Source of the DNA: Candidatus Latescibacterota bacterium
GTDB taxonomy: Bacteria > Latescibacterota > UBA2968 > GCA-2709665
Assembly: GCA_963667175.2 (NCBI GenBank)
Contig: CAXXXF010000015.1
Location: 736,001 to 800,000, forward strand
Reading direction: 5' to 3'
Length of the DNA: 64,000 nucleotides
Part shown: piece by piece, positions 20,513 through 31,601 of the stretch
Numbering within the stretch: the first letter of the stretch is position 1
Layout of the letters: every line of letters begins with the position of its first letter
The notes under the pieces: model-generated
The model's database searches: none
Seen by the model: the letters and a program-made list of their open reading frames with translations, nothing else
What the model was told of the DNA's origin: nothing
Position numbers and translations under genes: made by a program

Positions 20513-20683
20513 ATGCAACACCTCGGTTACATGGCTGCCGCTTACGCGATCATCTGGGCGGCGATACTCGCCTACTTTCTGGGTCTCGGCCGCCGCGAAC
20601 GCGAAATATGGCGCGAAATCCAGGCACTGCGCGAATCCATCGGCAGACGGGAAGCCGGGGTCGATTCGGGCGAACACAAATAG
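20513..20683 (+). CDS. ccmD: CcmD (56 aa; absent from the ORF track)
   Basis: MQHLGYMAAAYAIIWAAILAYFLGLGRREREIWREIQAL..: TM helix plus charged tail, GGAGG SD, directly after ccmC. Confidence 0.85.
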   Translation: MQHLGYMAAAYAIIWAAILAYFLGLGRREREIWREIQALRESIGRREAGVDSGEHK

Positions 20684-20729
20684 ACGGCAGGTCGGTCCGA
20701 AGCCCATCTGACTCCCGAACAAAAGCACT

Positions 20730-21515
20730 ATGGCCGTAAAAAACGCCCGCAAGATCCTTGCGCTTATCAGGAACCGAAAGGCGCGGGAACGCGAACGCCG
20801 GTTCGTTGTCGAAGGCATCCGCCTCGTCGAAGAAGCGTTGCTGTCGGACGTTCCGGTCGAGCAGCTTATCTTCGACAGGGACGCCCTGGAGGCCGACGGA
20901 CGCCTGCAGCAATTTCACCGCGAGGCGACGCGCCGGAATATCAGCGTCCAGCAGACAGACCGCCGCGCGATCAGAAATATGGGCGAACATCAGAATCCCG
21001 AAGGCGTGCTGGGCGTGGTTCGATTTCAGGAGCGAAACAGGGACCGGGCGCTGGACGCAAGTGGTCCTCTCCTTCTCTTCGACCGGCTGCGAGACCCCAA
21101 CAACCTCGGTCTGGTTCTCCGCACGGCCGAAGCCGCGGGCGTTGCCGCTGTCTTCCTTTCGCCCGGTTCCGTCGAACTCTACAATTCCAAGGTTGTCCGC
21201 GCCTCCCGGGGCTCCATTTTTCGCCTTCCCGTCTTTCGAAACGAAGACCTCCCCGCGTTGATCCGGGACCTGCGGAGGCGAGACGTCCGCGTTTCTTCCA
21301 CACAACCGCGGGGTACTCCGTACCACGAAATCAGACACAGCGGCCGGGTCGCCTTTCTGTTCGGAAACGAGACGTCCGGCATCGACCCGGATCTTCAGAA
21401 ACACGTCCACCAATCCATCTCGATTCCGATGGCCGACGGCATGAATTCCCTCAACGTCGCCGTTACAGCGGGTATTCTGCTGTTCAAATACAGAGAACCG
21501 ACCTCGCACAAATAG
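20730..21515 (+). CDS. TrmH/SpoU-family RNA methyltransferase
   Basis: EGIRLVEEAL, DPNNLGLVLRTAEA, FGNETSG, SLNVAVTAGI. Confidence 0.93.
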   Translation: MAVKNARKILALIRNRKARERERRFVVEGIRLVEEALLSDVPVEQLIFDRDALEADGRLQQFHREATRRNISVQQTDRRAIRNMGEHQNPEGVLGVVRFQERNRDRALDASGPLLLFDRLRDPNNLGLVLRTAEAAGVAAVFLSPGSVELYNSKVVRASRGSIFRLPVFRNEDLPALIRDLRRRDVRVSSTQPRGTPYHEIRHSGRVAFLFGNETSGIDPDLQKHVHQSISIPMADGMNSLNVAVTAGILLFKYREPTSHK

Positions 21516-21599
21516 CGCCCGGCGGAATTCCCCCGCCGGGCTCTGCGATTTCTTCTCCCGTTCCGAGTCGTATCCCGGGCAACTGCCAAACATACGCGG

Positions 21600-22709
21600 T
21601 CAACGCTGCTCAGGATCGCCGGCCTTCAATACGCCATCGACAAACGCGTATGCCTGCTCCCGGATATCCGGTGGAAACGCATGTTCCGCGTCGGGGTGTA
21701 CCGCCACCAGACGGCCCGAGGCGCCCAATAGTGCGTATACGGGCGCTGCCGCCTGTACGCAATCTCTAACGCCCGACACTTCGAAATTGCTGTCCCGTGT
21801 GGGCGCGTTGGCGAAAAAGGCCCGGGGCGCGAGGGCGGCAACCACCTCCGTGAAATCAAAAGGCATCCGCTTCGGATTTTTGCCATAGCGCTCGGATATA
21901 CGGGGCATATACCCCGGATGGCTCCAGCCGGTCAGGTCGCCGCTGTAATATTTGAAGAACGAATTGAACCCGCAACTGGACACCACGACCTTCAGCCGCC
22001 GATCGAACGCGGACAGATACATGGAATTGTGTCCGCCCAGGGAATGGCCGATACACCCGGTCCGGCCGCCGTCCACGTCCGGCAGGGACTCAAGCAGGTC
22101 CACGGCACGCATGTGGTTCCAGACCCCCTTCATCGTGGCGCTGGCATATCCTTTTTGATATGGATCGAATTCGTAGTCTCCATAATTCACGTAGTCCGGC
22201 GCCAGTGTCACGTAACCCCTGCGCGCAAGTTCAAGGGCATAGTGCAGATCGGGGATGCCGCCCACGCCCGCGGGTTCGCCTTTCCCGATCTTCGTTGTCT
22301 GGTGCAGGCACAACATTGCCGGCGCCTTGCCGTTCAGGCCCTTCGGGACCAGCAGGTACGCGGGCACGCGGTCGCCCGGTTCCGACACGAAAGTAATTTC
22401 CTTCCTGATCACGTCGCCCAGATCCTCGGTCTCAACGACCTCCATCTCGAGCGCGGGCAGGCTGGAACGGTCGGGCAGGGGGCCCATCACCTCCTCCATA
22501 TTCGCCAGAATATGCGCTCGCCGCTTCTTCCAGTCCTCCGCGTTCGATATCGCCCGCTCCTTGCCCGCTTTGTCCAGGTATACCAGTAGACTCATCTTAT
22601 CCTCATAGAATGGCGGCCTCTGTTCGGCATCTGGAACGCCCACCAGCATCACGCTCGCCAATACCAGCATCAGCGCCCGCCAGGGTAATTTCGTCACAGG
22701 ACACGCCAT
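21600..22709 (-). CDS. exported alpha/beta-hydrolase (acetylxylan esterase/dienelactone hydrolase-like)
   Basis: Signal peptide, VPAYLLVP, ARRGYVTLAPD, nucleophile elbow GHSLGG, C-terminal His (AEHAFP). Confidence 0.85.
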   Translation of the reverse strand: MACPVTKLPWRALMLVLASVMLVGVPDAEQRPPFYEDKMSLLVYLDKAGKERAISNAEDWKKRRAHILANMEEVMGPLPDRSSLPALEMEVVETEDLGDVIRKEITFVSEPGDRVPAYLLVPKGLNGKAPAMLCLHQTTKIGKGEPAGVGGIPDLHYALELARRGYVTLAPDYVNYGDYEFDPYQKGYASATMKGVWNHMRAVDLLESLPDVDGGRTGCIGHSLGGHNSMYLSAFDRRLKVVVSSCGFNSFFKYYSGDLTGWSHPGYMPRISERYGKNPKRMPFDFTEVVAALAPRAFFANAPTRDSNFEVSGVRDCVQAAAPVYALLGASGRLVAVHPDAEHAFPPDIREQAYAFVDGVLKAGDPEQR

Positions 22710-22756
22710 TTAAACTACCTCATCAGTATCCGGTTGCGAAAACATGAATGCGCGAC

Positions 22757-23536
22757 TCAACGCGCCGTCCAGCCGCCGTCCACAAACAGCGAAGTGCCCG
22801 TCACGTACGTCGACGCGTCGCTGGCGAGAAACAGGGCGGCGCCGCGGATCTCGCGCATTTCGCCCCATCGATTGAACGCCGTCTGGCTGAGCAGACTCTT
22901 CACCTTGTCGGGCGTCTTCAATAGGGGGCTGTTGATCTCTGTCAGAAAGGGTCCCGGGCAAAGCGCGTTGCACCGCACGCCAAAAGGCGCCCACTCCAGC
23001 GCGAGCGCGCGGGTCATGCCAAGGACCCCGGCCTTGGACGAACAATATGCCGAGCGTTCTGCCAGTCCCACGGCGCTCAACGTGGACCCCACGTTGATGA
23101 CCGAGCCGCTTTTCTGAGAGGTCATGATCGGCCCCGCGGCCTTGCAGCAGAGCCAGGATCCGGTCAGATTGGTCTCGACAACATGCTTGAATTCGTCAAC
23201 CGGAAAACGGTCTAACGGATGCCGGATGTTGATTCCCGCGCAATTGACCAGGACATCCAGCCGCCCGAACCGATCCGTGACCGCCTGTATCAGTTGCAAA
23301 ACGTCATCATCCGACGTCACGTCGACGGCAAGCCCCAGGCTTTCGCGTCCGGTCTGTGCCGCGATCTCCGCCGCAACCGATTCACAGTCCGCCGCGTTTC
23401 TCGAACAGACCACGATCGCGGCGCCCGATTCGGCCAGCGCCAGCGCCATTTCCCTGCCCAGGCCCCTGGATCCACCGGTAATCAGGGCTACTCTCTCATC
23501 CAGCCGAAAAAGATCCAGCGTCTTTGGCTCTTCCAT
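22757..23536 (-). CDS. short-chain dehydrogenase/reductase (gluconate 5-dehydrogenase/KduD-like)
   Basis: TGGSRGLG, VNCAG, YCSSK, LFVDGGW. Confidence 0.9.
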   Translation of the reverse strand: MEEPKTLDLFRLDERVALITGGSRGLGREMALALAESGAAIVVCSRNAADCESVAAEIAAQTGRESLGLAVDVTSDDDVLQLIQAVTDRFGRLDVLVNCAGINIRHPLDRFPVDEFKHVVETNLTGSWLCCKAAGPIMTSQKSGSVINVGSTLSAVGLAERSAYCSSKAGVLGMTRALALEWAPFGVRCNALCPGPFLTEINSPLLKTPDKVKSLLSQTAFNRWGEMREIRGAALFLASDASTYVTGTSLFVDGGWTAR

Positions 23537-23599
23537 ATCCGCCTCCGCAGTTTGCTGTCCAGCTCCTCGAGTCAATTGCTGTTCGAAGCGATTCAACGA

Positions 23600-24703
23600 T
23601 TACAATTCGGCGAGAACCGTACGCAATATCCCTGCGAACAACAGCCTCTCTTCCGGCGTTCCCACCGTTACCCTGAAACACCTGTCCAGAGGCGCCGCCA
23701 TCGGTTTTCGCACAAATGCGCCGTGCCGTTGCAGCGTCTCCAGAATCGTATTCGCGCGTTCTGCCGTTCCCGCGTCGAACGCCACGAAATTCGTGGCTGA
23801 GGGCAACGTGGGCAAACCGAGACCTGCCCCCAGCCGCGCATAGTCCTCCCGCCCTTCCTCAACCGAGTTCACGACGCTGGCCACGAATTCCGTATCTTGT
23901 AGCGAGGCCAGCGCCCCCGCCTGCGCGACGCGGTTCACGCCATAGTGGTGGCGCACCTTCTCAAGCGCCTCTACCACGACCGCGTCCGCAATAGCGTATC
24001 CGATCCGTGCCCCGGCCATCCCGTGCGCCTTCGAGAACGTGCGCATACGAATGACGCGCGGCCGGATTGGCGCCATCGGCAGCGGCGGGTCCTGGATGGA
24101 GAACTCCGAATACGCCTCATCCAGAATCAGCAGGCACCGCTCGGGAAGCGATTCTTCAAACGACCGGATGTTCGCCGCCGTAAGCCATGTGCCCGCCGGG
24201 TTGTCCGGATTCGACAGGTACGCCAATCTGGCGCCGGTCTCGGCGGCTGCCCCGGCCAGCCCCTCGAGGTCATTTCTGTCGCCCCGGTAGGGCACGAAGC
24301 GCAGGAGGCCGCCGAACCCCGACACGTGGTAGTTGAAGGTCGGGTACGCTCCCAGAGACGTCACAACGGTATCACCGGGCGCCACGAAGACCCGCACGAC
24401 AAGGCCCAGCAGATCGTCGATTCCACTGCCAACACTGACGTTCTCGAACGGAACGCCGTGGAATCCGGCAATTGCGGCGCGGATTTCGTGGTTTTCAGGA
24501 TCGTTGTACCAACTCACCCGCTCGACCGCCCGGAACATGGCCTCACGCGCCAGCGGCGAAATCCCGAAGGCGCTTTCGTTTGCCCCCACCCTCACCCTGA
24601 AGGCCTTTCCGAGCCGGCGCTCAAGGGCTTCGGGCCCCACGAAGGGCACCGATGCCGGCAGGCCGCGAACAATTCGGGTAAATGGAAACCCGTTATCCAT
24701 CAT
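23600..24703 (-). CDS. PLP-dependent aminotransferase, HisC-like
   Basis: GANES, SNPDNPAG, LDEAY, RTFSKAHGMAGARIGY. Confidence 0.9.
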   Translation of the reverse strand: MMDNGFPFTRIVRGLPASVPFVGPEALERRLGKAFRVRVGANESAFGISPLAREAMFRAVERVSWYNDPENHEIRAAIAGFHGVPFENVSVGSGIDDLLGLVVRVFVAPGDTVVTSLGAYPTFNYHVSGFGGLLRFVPYRGDRNDLEGLAGAAAETGARLAYLSNPDNPAGTWLTAANIRSFEESLPERCLLILDEAYSEFSIQDPPLPMAPIRPRVIRMRTFSKAHGMAGARIGYAIADAVVVEALEKVRHHYGVNRVAQAGALASLQDTEFVASVVNSVEEGREDYARLGAGLGLPTLPSATNFVAFDAGTAERANTILETLQRHGAFVRKPMAAPLDRCFRVTVGTPEERLLFAGILRTVLAEL

Positions 24704-24738
24704 CCGGACTCCGTGGACACGAAGATACGGCGGCGCCC

Positions 24739-25239
24739 TCAAAAACGGATGCGGAACCGGATGCGGAATTCAAGGCCTTCCTCTCTGGATCCATGAGGCG
24801 CCCCCCAGTCGACCTGGTCCAGATGCGCATCCACATAGGCATCGCCCATACTGAACAGGATAAGGCCAATCGTGGTATATAGAAAGATATTCCGTTCCGG
24901 TGACGCGTCGGTCGACCTGCGCTGATTCAATTGGCTTCGACGAACAAAAAACGCCGCCGTGGAACTCACCTGCGCGGCAGCGATCAGGCTTCCCTTTATG
25001 GGCCGGCGGTTATAAAACTGCCCCCATCCGGGCAGCGCCAGCGACCGCAACATCGCGCTCCGCGCGGCCCGGGTTTCGCGGATACTGTCCACGGCCGACG
25101 AATCCGGGCTTTCCGCAGCTGCAGGTACGACCCACGTGAGAATGACCATTCCAGCCACGAACGCCAGAATCCTGGCGCCGAAACCCCCCGATCCGAAGTC
25201 GCGGTTCCTCGCTTGCAGGCCCTGTGCTTCACGATTCAT
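24739..25239 (-). CDS. DUF5683-like membrane protein
   Basis: RSAMLRSLALPGWGQFYN and DAYVDAHL motifs. Confidence 0.75.
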   Translation of the reverse strand: MNREAQGLQARNRDFGSGGFGARILAFVAGMVILTWVVPAAAESPDSSAVDSIRETRAARSAMLRSLALPGWGQFYNRRPIKGSLIAAAQVSSTAAFFVRRSQLNQRRSTDASPERNIFLYTTIGLILFSMGDAYVDAHLDQVDWGAPHGSREEGLEFRIRFRIRF

Positions 25240-26174
25240 GCTCCGATCGCCAATCTCGCCGCGCCCAGAATCCCGGCGTCGTCTCCAAGCATACCCGCCA
25301 CAATCTTCACCCTCTCCTTCACGCCGACCGTACCGCGTTCCTGAAACGTCTTTCTTACCGGCTCAAAAAGCCACTCTCCCGCGCGCGCCATCCCCCCGCA
25401 CAACGCCACCACCTCCACGTTCGTCACACTGACAAGGCTCACGAGCCCAATCCCCAGCAACCTGCCCGTCTCCTCGAACATCGCGCGCGCAAACCCGTCA
25501 CCGGCCTCCGCCGCCTCGAATATCGCCCGCGTCGTCAGACCCTCGGCGATCAACGGGGTTTCCGGCGTTTCCGTGATCAGCCGTTCGCGTGTCCGCTTCA
25601 CCATCGCGGTCGCGGAAACGTAGAGTTCCAGACAGCCATAATTCCCGCAGGGGCAGCGGGGTCCGTTCCAGTCGATGGTAACGTGGCCCACCTCGGCCGC
25701 ATTGCCGTTGAACCCGTGCATCAATTCGCCGTTGCATACCCAGCCCCCGCCCACGCCGGTGCCCAGCGTCACACACAAAAAATGGGGCGCCTTCCTGCCG
25801 GCGCCCCGCCACTGTTCGCCAAAAGCCGCGAGATTCGCATCGTTGTCCACAACCACCGGAATTTCGAGCGCCGCCTCCAGCCGGTCTTTCAGGCGCACGC
25901 CGTGCATGCACGGCATGTTCTCCGGAGAAATGATGACGCCGTTAAAGGGATCCAGCGGGCCGGGCGCCCCGACGCCGACGCCGCGTACTTCGGTTCCGCC
26001 GCCTTCCCGAAGCACCTGCCTGACGCACGTCGCGATTCCTGCGATTACACGATCACTGCCCAGGTCGGGGCGGGTGGGGCATCGGAACCGGGAGACGATC
26101 TCTCCCGCGTCCGTCACCAGGCCCGCGCGCGTGTTGGTTCCGCCCAGATCGACGCCAACCGTCAGCGCGCTCAC
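25236..26174 (-). CDS. ROK-family sugar kinase (glucokinase-like)
   Basis: VDLGGT, DNDANLAA, LGTGVGGG, EVGH..CPCGNYGCLE. Confidence 0.93.
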   Translation of the reverse strand: MSALTVGVDLGGTNTRAGLVTDAGEIVSRFRCPTRPDLGSDRVIAGIATCVRQVLREGGGTEVRGVGVGAPGPLDPFNGVIISPENMPCMHGVRLKDRLEAALEIPVVVDNDANLAAFGEQWRGAGRKAPHFLCVTLGTGVGGGWVCNGELMHGFNGNAAEVGHVTIDWNGPRCPCGNYGCLELYVSATAMVKRTRERLITETPETPLIAEGLTTRAIFEAAEAGDGFARAMFEETGRLLGIGLVSLVSVTNVEVVALCGGMARAGEWLFEPVRKTFQERGTVGVKERVKIVAGMLGDDAGILGAARLAIGA

Positions 26175-26812
26175 ATTTCCGCCCGAGCCTGTTTCACGGC
26201 GTCCACGAACGCCCGGGCGGTCGCCGTCAACTTCGCCCAGTCCCTGTCTGCCACCGCCTGTTTATCCACCATCGCGCTTCCGGCGCCCACCGCGCACGCG
26301 CCGGCCTTGATGAATTCCGGGGTCGTCCGGGCGTCGACACCGCCGGTGGGCATCAACCGAACCTGCGGAAGCGGTCCTTTCACGTCTTTGAAATAAGAAG
26401 GTCCGCCAACGCCCGCGGGGAAGACCTTCACCACGTCGGCGCCGGCCTGCCACGCGGCAAGAATCTCCGTAGGCGTGAAGCCCGCCGGCATCACCACCTT
26501 TCCGTATCGCCTGGCCATTGTGATCACATCCACGTTCAGCGTGGGCCCCACGACGTACTCGGCGCCCGACAGAATGGCCGCGCGAGCCGTCTCCGGATCC
26601 AGGACGGATCCGACGCCCACAATCGTATCCTCCATTTTTGCGGACGCCTCCTCGATGACCTTGAGCGCTCCCGGCACGGTCATGGTCACCTCGATGGCAA
26701 CCACGCCTCCTTCCCGCAGGGCTTTGGAGACATCCATCAGTTCCGCGGGTGAATCCGCCCTCAACACCGCCACCACGCCACAGTCGATGATTCGATCCAG
26801 CACACCGGCCAT
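26171..26812 (-). CDS. eda: KDPG/KHG aldolase
   Basis: VVAVLR, IEVT, FTPTEI, VKVFPA, MPTGGV. Confidence 0.93.
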   Translation of the reverse strand: MAGVLDRIIDCGVVAVLRADSPAELMDVSKALREGGVVAIEVTMTVPGALKVIEEASAKMEDTIVGVGSVLDPETARAAILSGAEYVVGPTLNVDVITMARRYGKVVMPAGFTPTEILAAWQAGADVVKVFPAGVGGPSYFKDVKGPLPQVRLMPTGGVDARTTPEFIKAGACAVGAGSAMVDKQAVADRDWAKLTATARAFVDAVKQARAEM

Positions 26813-26861
26813 TCGATATTCTCCTCTGTCAGTTCGACCTCAGGCGGCTCGTCCGGCGATC

Positions 26862-27905
26862 TTAGCGCCGGATTCTGGCTGCGGCGCCCTTCATGGCCGC
26901 CTCCGCCTCCGCCCGCGTCGCCCAGTTGACGTCGCCCAGGAACGTATGCGCAAGGGCCGAGTACGCGCCCGCGAAATCCACCGCGGCCTGAGGGTCCATC
27001 CCCTCGATCAGGCTCGAAATCAACCCGGCCGAGAAACTGTCCCCGCCTCCAACGCGGTCGACCATTTCGAGGTCTTCGTAGATTCGAGACAGGTAGAATG
27101 CTTCTCCATCGAACAGGAGCGTACGCCAGTCGTTCAGCAGCCCCGTCTTTGCAACCCGCAACGTCGTGCCCACGTAGTCTACGTTTGGATAGGATTCGAT
27201 TGCCCGCCGCGCCACGTCCTTGTAGCTTTCCGGGTCCAGTTGACTGTAGTCCTCTTTCGAACCCTCCGCCTTCAACCCCAGGACCTTTTCAAAGTCCTCT
27301 TCGTTGCCGATCAGGACCTTGACCAGTGGAACGATCCTGCTGCTGGTTTTCTGGGCTTTTTCCGAACTCCACAGCTTCGACCGGAAGTTCAAGTCATAGC
27401 TCGTCGTTACCCCGGCCCTGCTGGCGGCCTCGAGGGCTTCAATGGTCGTATCCGCGGCGCCGTTGGAAAGCGCCGGGGTGATGCCGCTCACGTGAAACCA
27501 TTTCGCGCCGTCAAAAACGGAATTCCAGTCCACCACGCCCGGCTCGATGTTCGATATCGCGGAATTCGCCCGGTCGTACGTCACCGCGCTCGCCCTCGGC
27601 CCGACGCCCAGTTCGACGTGGTAAAATCCGTTCCGTTCGAAACCGACTCCGTCGAAATCCACCCATTGGATATTGGACATGTCCACGCCGTGCTCGCGGC
27701 CCCTGTTCCGGATGACCCAACCCGTCCAATTGTCCACCAGCCGGGATACCCACGCCGTATTCAGCCCCAGATGAGCGCAGGCTACGGCGACGTTGTATTC
27801 GCCACCGCCTATCTCGACGTCGAGACTGGTGGAATTCTCCAGCCGGCGGTATCCCGGAGACGACAAGCGGATCATCGCCTCCCCGAAGGTTACGACATCA
27901 TACAT
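26862..27905 (-). CDS. kdgK: 2-keto-3-deoxygluconate kinase (PfkB family)
   Basis: VVTFGEAMIRLS, GGGEYNVA, HVSGITPAL, YDLNFRSKLW, DRVGGGDSF. Confidence 0.88.
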   Translation of the reverse strand: MYDVVTFGEAMIRLSSPGYRRLENSTSLDVEIGGGEYNVAVACAHLGLNTAWVSRLVDNWTGWVIRNRGREHGVDMSNIQWVDFDGVGFERNGFYHVELGVGPRASAVTYDRANSAISNIEPGVVDWNSVFDGAKWFHVSGITPALSNGAADTTIEALEAASRAGVTTSYDLNFRSKLWSSEKAQKTSSRIVPLVKVLIGNEEDFEKVLGLKAEGSKEDYSQLDPESYKDVARRAIESYPNVDYVGTTLRVAKTGLLNDWRTLLFDGEAFYLSRIYEDLEMVDRVGGGDSFSAGLISSLIEGMDPQAAVDFAGAYSALAHTFLGDVNWATRAEAEAAMKGAAARIRR

Positions 27906-27940
27906 CGCTTCCCTCCTCTGAATGAACCAGGGCGCGGTCT

Positions 27941-28636
27941 TCATTCATCGCTTCCGCCCAGAAGGCCGGCAAGGATCAACATCCGGAACAGTTCAAGTAC
28001 CGCGACCAGCGCCGACGCTACGTAGGTCCAGGCCGCCGCGTTCAATACCTTGCGGGCCGCGGGAATCTCTTCCCGGGTCAGATATCCGCCGTCACGCAGG
28101 ATGGCAATTGCCCGGCTGCTGGCATTGAACTCCACCGGCAGCGTGACGAGCCCGAACAGGACGGCGAACGAAAAGAACACGATGCCAAGTTGAAGCATCA
28201 GTCCGGATTGAAAAAAGAAGCCGATGAAGAACAGGGGCATGCCCAGCCAGGAACCGAAGTTCGCCACGGGCACGATATTCGTCCGCAGGCTCAAGGGAAA
28301 GTACCCGTGCGCATGCTGAAAGGCGTGACCCGCCTCGTGGGCCGCAACGCCGATGGCCGCAAGCGACCGTGATCCGTAGGTGCTGTCCGACAGTCGCAAC
28401 GTATGATCTCTCGGATCGTAGTGGTCGGTCAGATTGCCGCTCACGTTTTCCACCTTTACCGAAACGCCTCCTCGCCGCAGAATATCGCGGGTAACCTGGT
28501 CCGCGGTCCATCCGCTTCGGGCGCCGAATTCATCGTATCTGGCGAAGGTACGCTTGACCTTGAACTGCGCCCACAGCGCCAGGATGAGACCGGGGATCAC
28601 CAGGATCATCGTTGGATCCCAGAAGAGAGAAAACAT
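27941..28636 (-). CDS. neutral zinc metallopeptidase (YugP-like)
   Basis: LTDHYDP, AAHEAGHAFQH, TLPVEFNASSRA, LNAAAWTYVA. Confidence 0.92.
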   Translation of the reverse strand: MFSLFWDPTMILVIPGLILALWAQFKVKRTFARYDEFGARSGWTADQVTRDILRRGGVSVKVENVSGNLTDHYDPRDHTLRLSDSTYGSRSLAAIGVAAHEAGHAFQHAHGYFPLSLRTNIVPVANFGSWLGMPLFFIGFFFQSGLMLQLGIVFFSFAVLFGLVTLPVEFNASSRAIAILRDGGYLTREEIPAARKVLNAAAWTYVASALVAVLELFRMLILAGLLGGSDE

Positions 28637-28801
28637 AAACCCGACACCTCCTTCGCTTCTTTCATTCACTCAAACGGATTTCGTTATATGCTCCGCTAAC
28701 GTTGTTGAAAGTCAACCGATTATACGACAACCCCACCGGTTTCTCAGGAATAATTCAGGTTTGAGAATATGTGCTGTTTTCTTATCTGACGCGACGTCAT
28801 T

Positions 28802-29746
28802 TTATTCGTGGTTCCGACTGGTATCTCCGAGGATCTCGCCGGTTTCGATCCGATATCCGCGCACCAGTTCTGCGCCGCTCATCCGCGCTTTTCCGGACGG
28901 TTGCACTTCCTGAAGCGCGACGGCGCCGTCTCCGGCGGCCACCACACATCCCGTCCTCCCGTCCGCCACGACCACCTCGCCGGGCATCCCCGCGCCGCCG
29001 GCGGCCGTCGTTCGGTGCACCTTCAGGGTTCCGCCTCTCCAGGTCGTAAACGCCCCGGGAAAGGGGTTGGTTCCGCGAACCAGATTGCAGACAGACACGG
29101 CGCCGCGCGTCCAGTCGATCCGCCCGTTCTCCTTCTCGAGCCGGGGCGCCCTGGTGACCCCGGTTTTCGGCTGCGGGGTCGGCGCCAACGCGTCTCTTTC
29201 CAGCCCGTCGACGACGTTCGCAAGCGCATCCGCCCCCAATTCCCGCAGCCGATCCGAAAGCTCGCCGGCCGTCTCGTTGGGGCGGATTCCCACAACCCGC
29301 TGGAACAGCAGGTCTCCCGCGTCCACGCGCGCGGTCAGGCGGAATACGCTTATCCCCGTTTCAGTCTCTCCCCGGATGATCGCCCAGTTGATCGGGGCCG
29401 CTCCCCGGTACCTGGGCAACAGAGAAGGGTGAAGGTTAATCGACCCGAGCTTTGGAATTTTCAACACGACCCGTGGCAATATTGCGAACGCGACCACCAC
29501 GAAAAGGTCGGCGTCGAGACGCCGAAGCCGGCACAGAAAGTCCCGGGCTTCCAGCAAGTTTGGCTGCAATACCGGAAGCGCCAATCGTTGAGCGGCCGCC
29601 TTTACGGGCGGCGGCATCAGCTTCCGCCCCCGTCCCCGCGGACGGTCCGGCCGGGTCACGACCGCGGCGACTTCGTGGCCGCAAGCGACAAGGCGCTCCA
29701 GGGACGGCACCGCGAAATCGGGCGTCCCCATAAACACCAGCTTCAC
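28802..29746 (-). CDS. fmt: methionyl-tRNA formyltransferase
   Basis: VFMGTPDFA, NLHPSLLPRYRGAAPI, DAGD. Confidence 0.96.
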   Translation of the reverse strand: MKLVFMGTPDFAVPSLERLVACGHEVAAVVTRPDRPRGRGRKLMPPPVKAAAQRLALPVLQPNLLEARDFLCRLRRLDADLFVVVAFAILPRVVLKIPKLGSINLHPSLLPRYRGAAPINWAIIRGETETGISVFRLTARVDAGDLLFQRVVGIRPNETAGELSDRLRELGADALANVVDGLERDALAPTPQPKTGVTRAPRLEKENGRIDWTRGAVSVCNLVRGTNPFPGAFTTWRGGTLKVHRTTAAGGAGMPGEVVVADGRTGCVVAAGDGAVALQEVQPSGKARMSGAELVRGYRIETGEILGDTSRNHE

Positions 29747-29813
29747 GACAGTCTCCGATCGGGGATCCGTTCCAGCCGATATCTCCCGGCATCCATCCCG
29801 CTCCGGTCTCCGA

Positions 29814-30140
29814 TCACTTCTCTTCCACAACCCGGGAAACAGATCCCCTTGCAACCTCGAGGCGGACTTCCTTGGCGACCTGCACGACCAGGATGCCAGC
29901 CTCTTCTTTAACGCCCACAATCGTCCCGTGAATCCCCCCCGACGTTACGATTTTATCGCCCTTCTGCAGTGCGTCGATCATCGCCTGTTGCGCCTTCTGC
30001 TTCTTGATTTGTGGGCGAAAGATCAGCAGGTAGACGACAACGACCATCAATAGCAGCGGGAAAATCTGCATCAGAAATCCCGGCTGGGACCCGTCGGCCG
30101 GCTGGCCGCCCATGGCAAATGCTTCGGTTACGCCAAACAA
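29814..30140 (-). CDS. yajC: preprotein translocase subunit YajC
   Basis: YLLIFRPQ..LQKGDKIVTSGGIHGTI. Confidence 0.95.
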   Translation of the reverse strand: MFGVTEAFAMGGQPADGSQPGFLMQIFPLLLMVVVVYLLIFRPQIKKQKAQQAMIDALQKGDKIVTSGGIHGTIVGVKEEAGILVVQVAKEVRLEVARGSVSRVVEEK

Positions 30141-30189
30141 AGGAGCCCTCCTTGAAGGAATCAGGAACGTGAATTGAACCGAAGAATCC

Positions 30190-31362
<1,173 letters not shown>

Positions 31363-31397
31363 TCAACAGGAACCCGGTTCCAATGACCAGAACAAAC

Positions 31398-31425
31398 GAG
31401 TCTTCGGTTATACTACCGAAGACTT
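31398..31425 (-). terminator. hairpin in the tgt leader (candidate attenuator)
   Basis: AGTCTTCGGT-AGTATA-ACCGAAGACT followed by CGTTTGTTCT on the - strand. Confidence 0.45.
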
Positions 31426-31506
31426 CGCTGCGCGATTGCCGCAGTGCAATGGGTTTCTGCGCCCTTTCTCTCCACGGGAAGCGGTACCCGGCCCGGACGC
31501 CGCCCA

Positions 31507-31535
31507 AATATACCAAGCGTCCAGGTACAAGTCAA
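31507..31535 (-). promoter_or_regulatory. sigma70 promoter for tgt-yajC-fmt
   Basis: TTGACT-17 nt-TATATT. Confidence 0.75.
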
Positions 31536-31601
31536 CGGGTATTGAATTTCGTAAAGGGTCGGATCGATACCTGGCCCTTCGTAACAATCATTGCCGATTG
31601 C

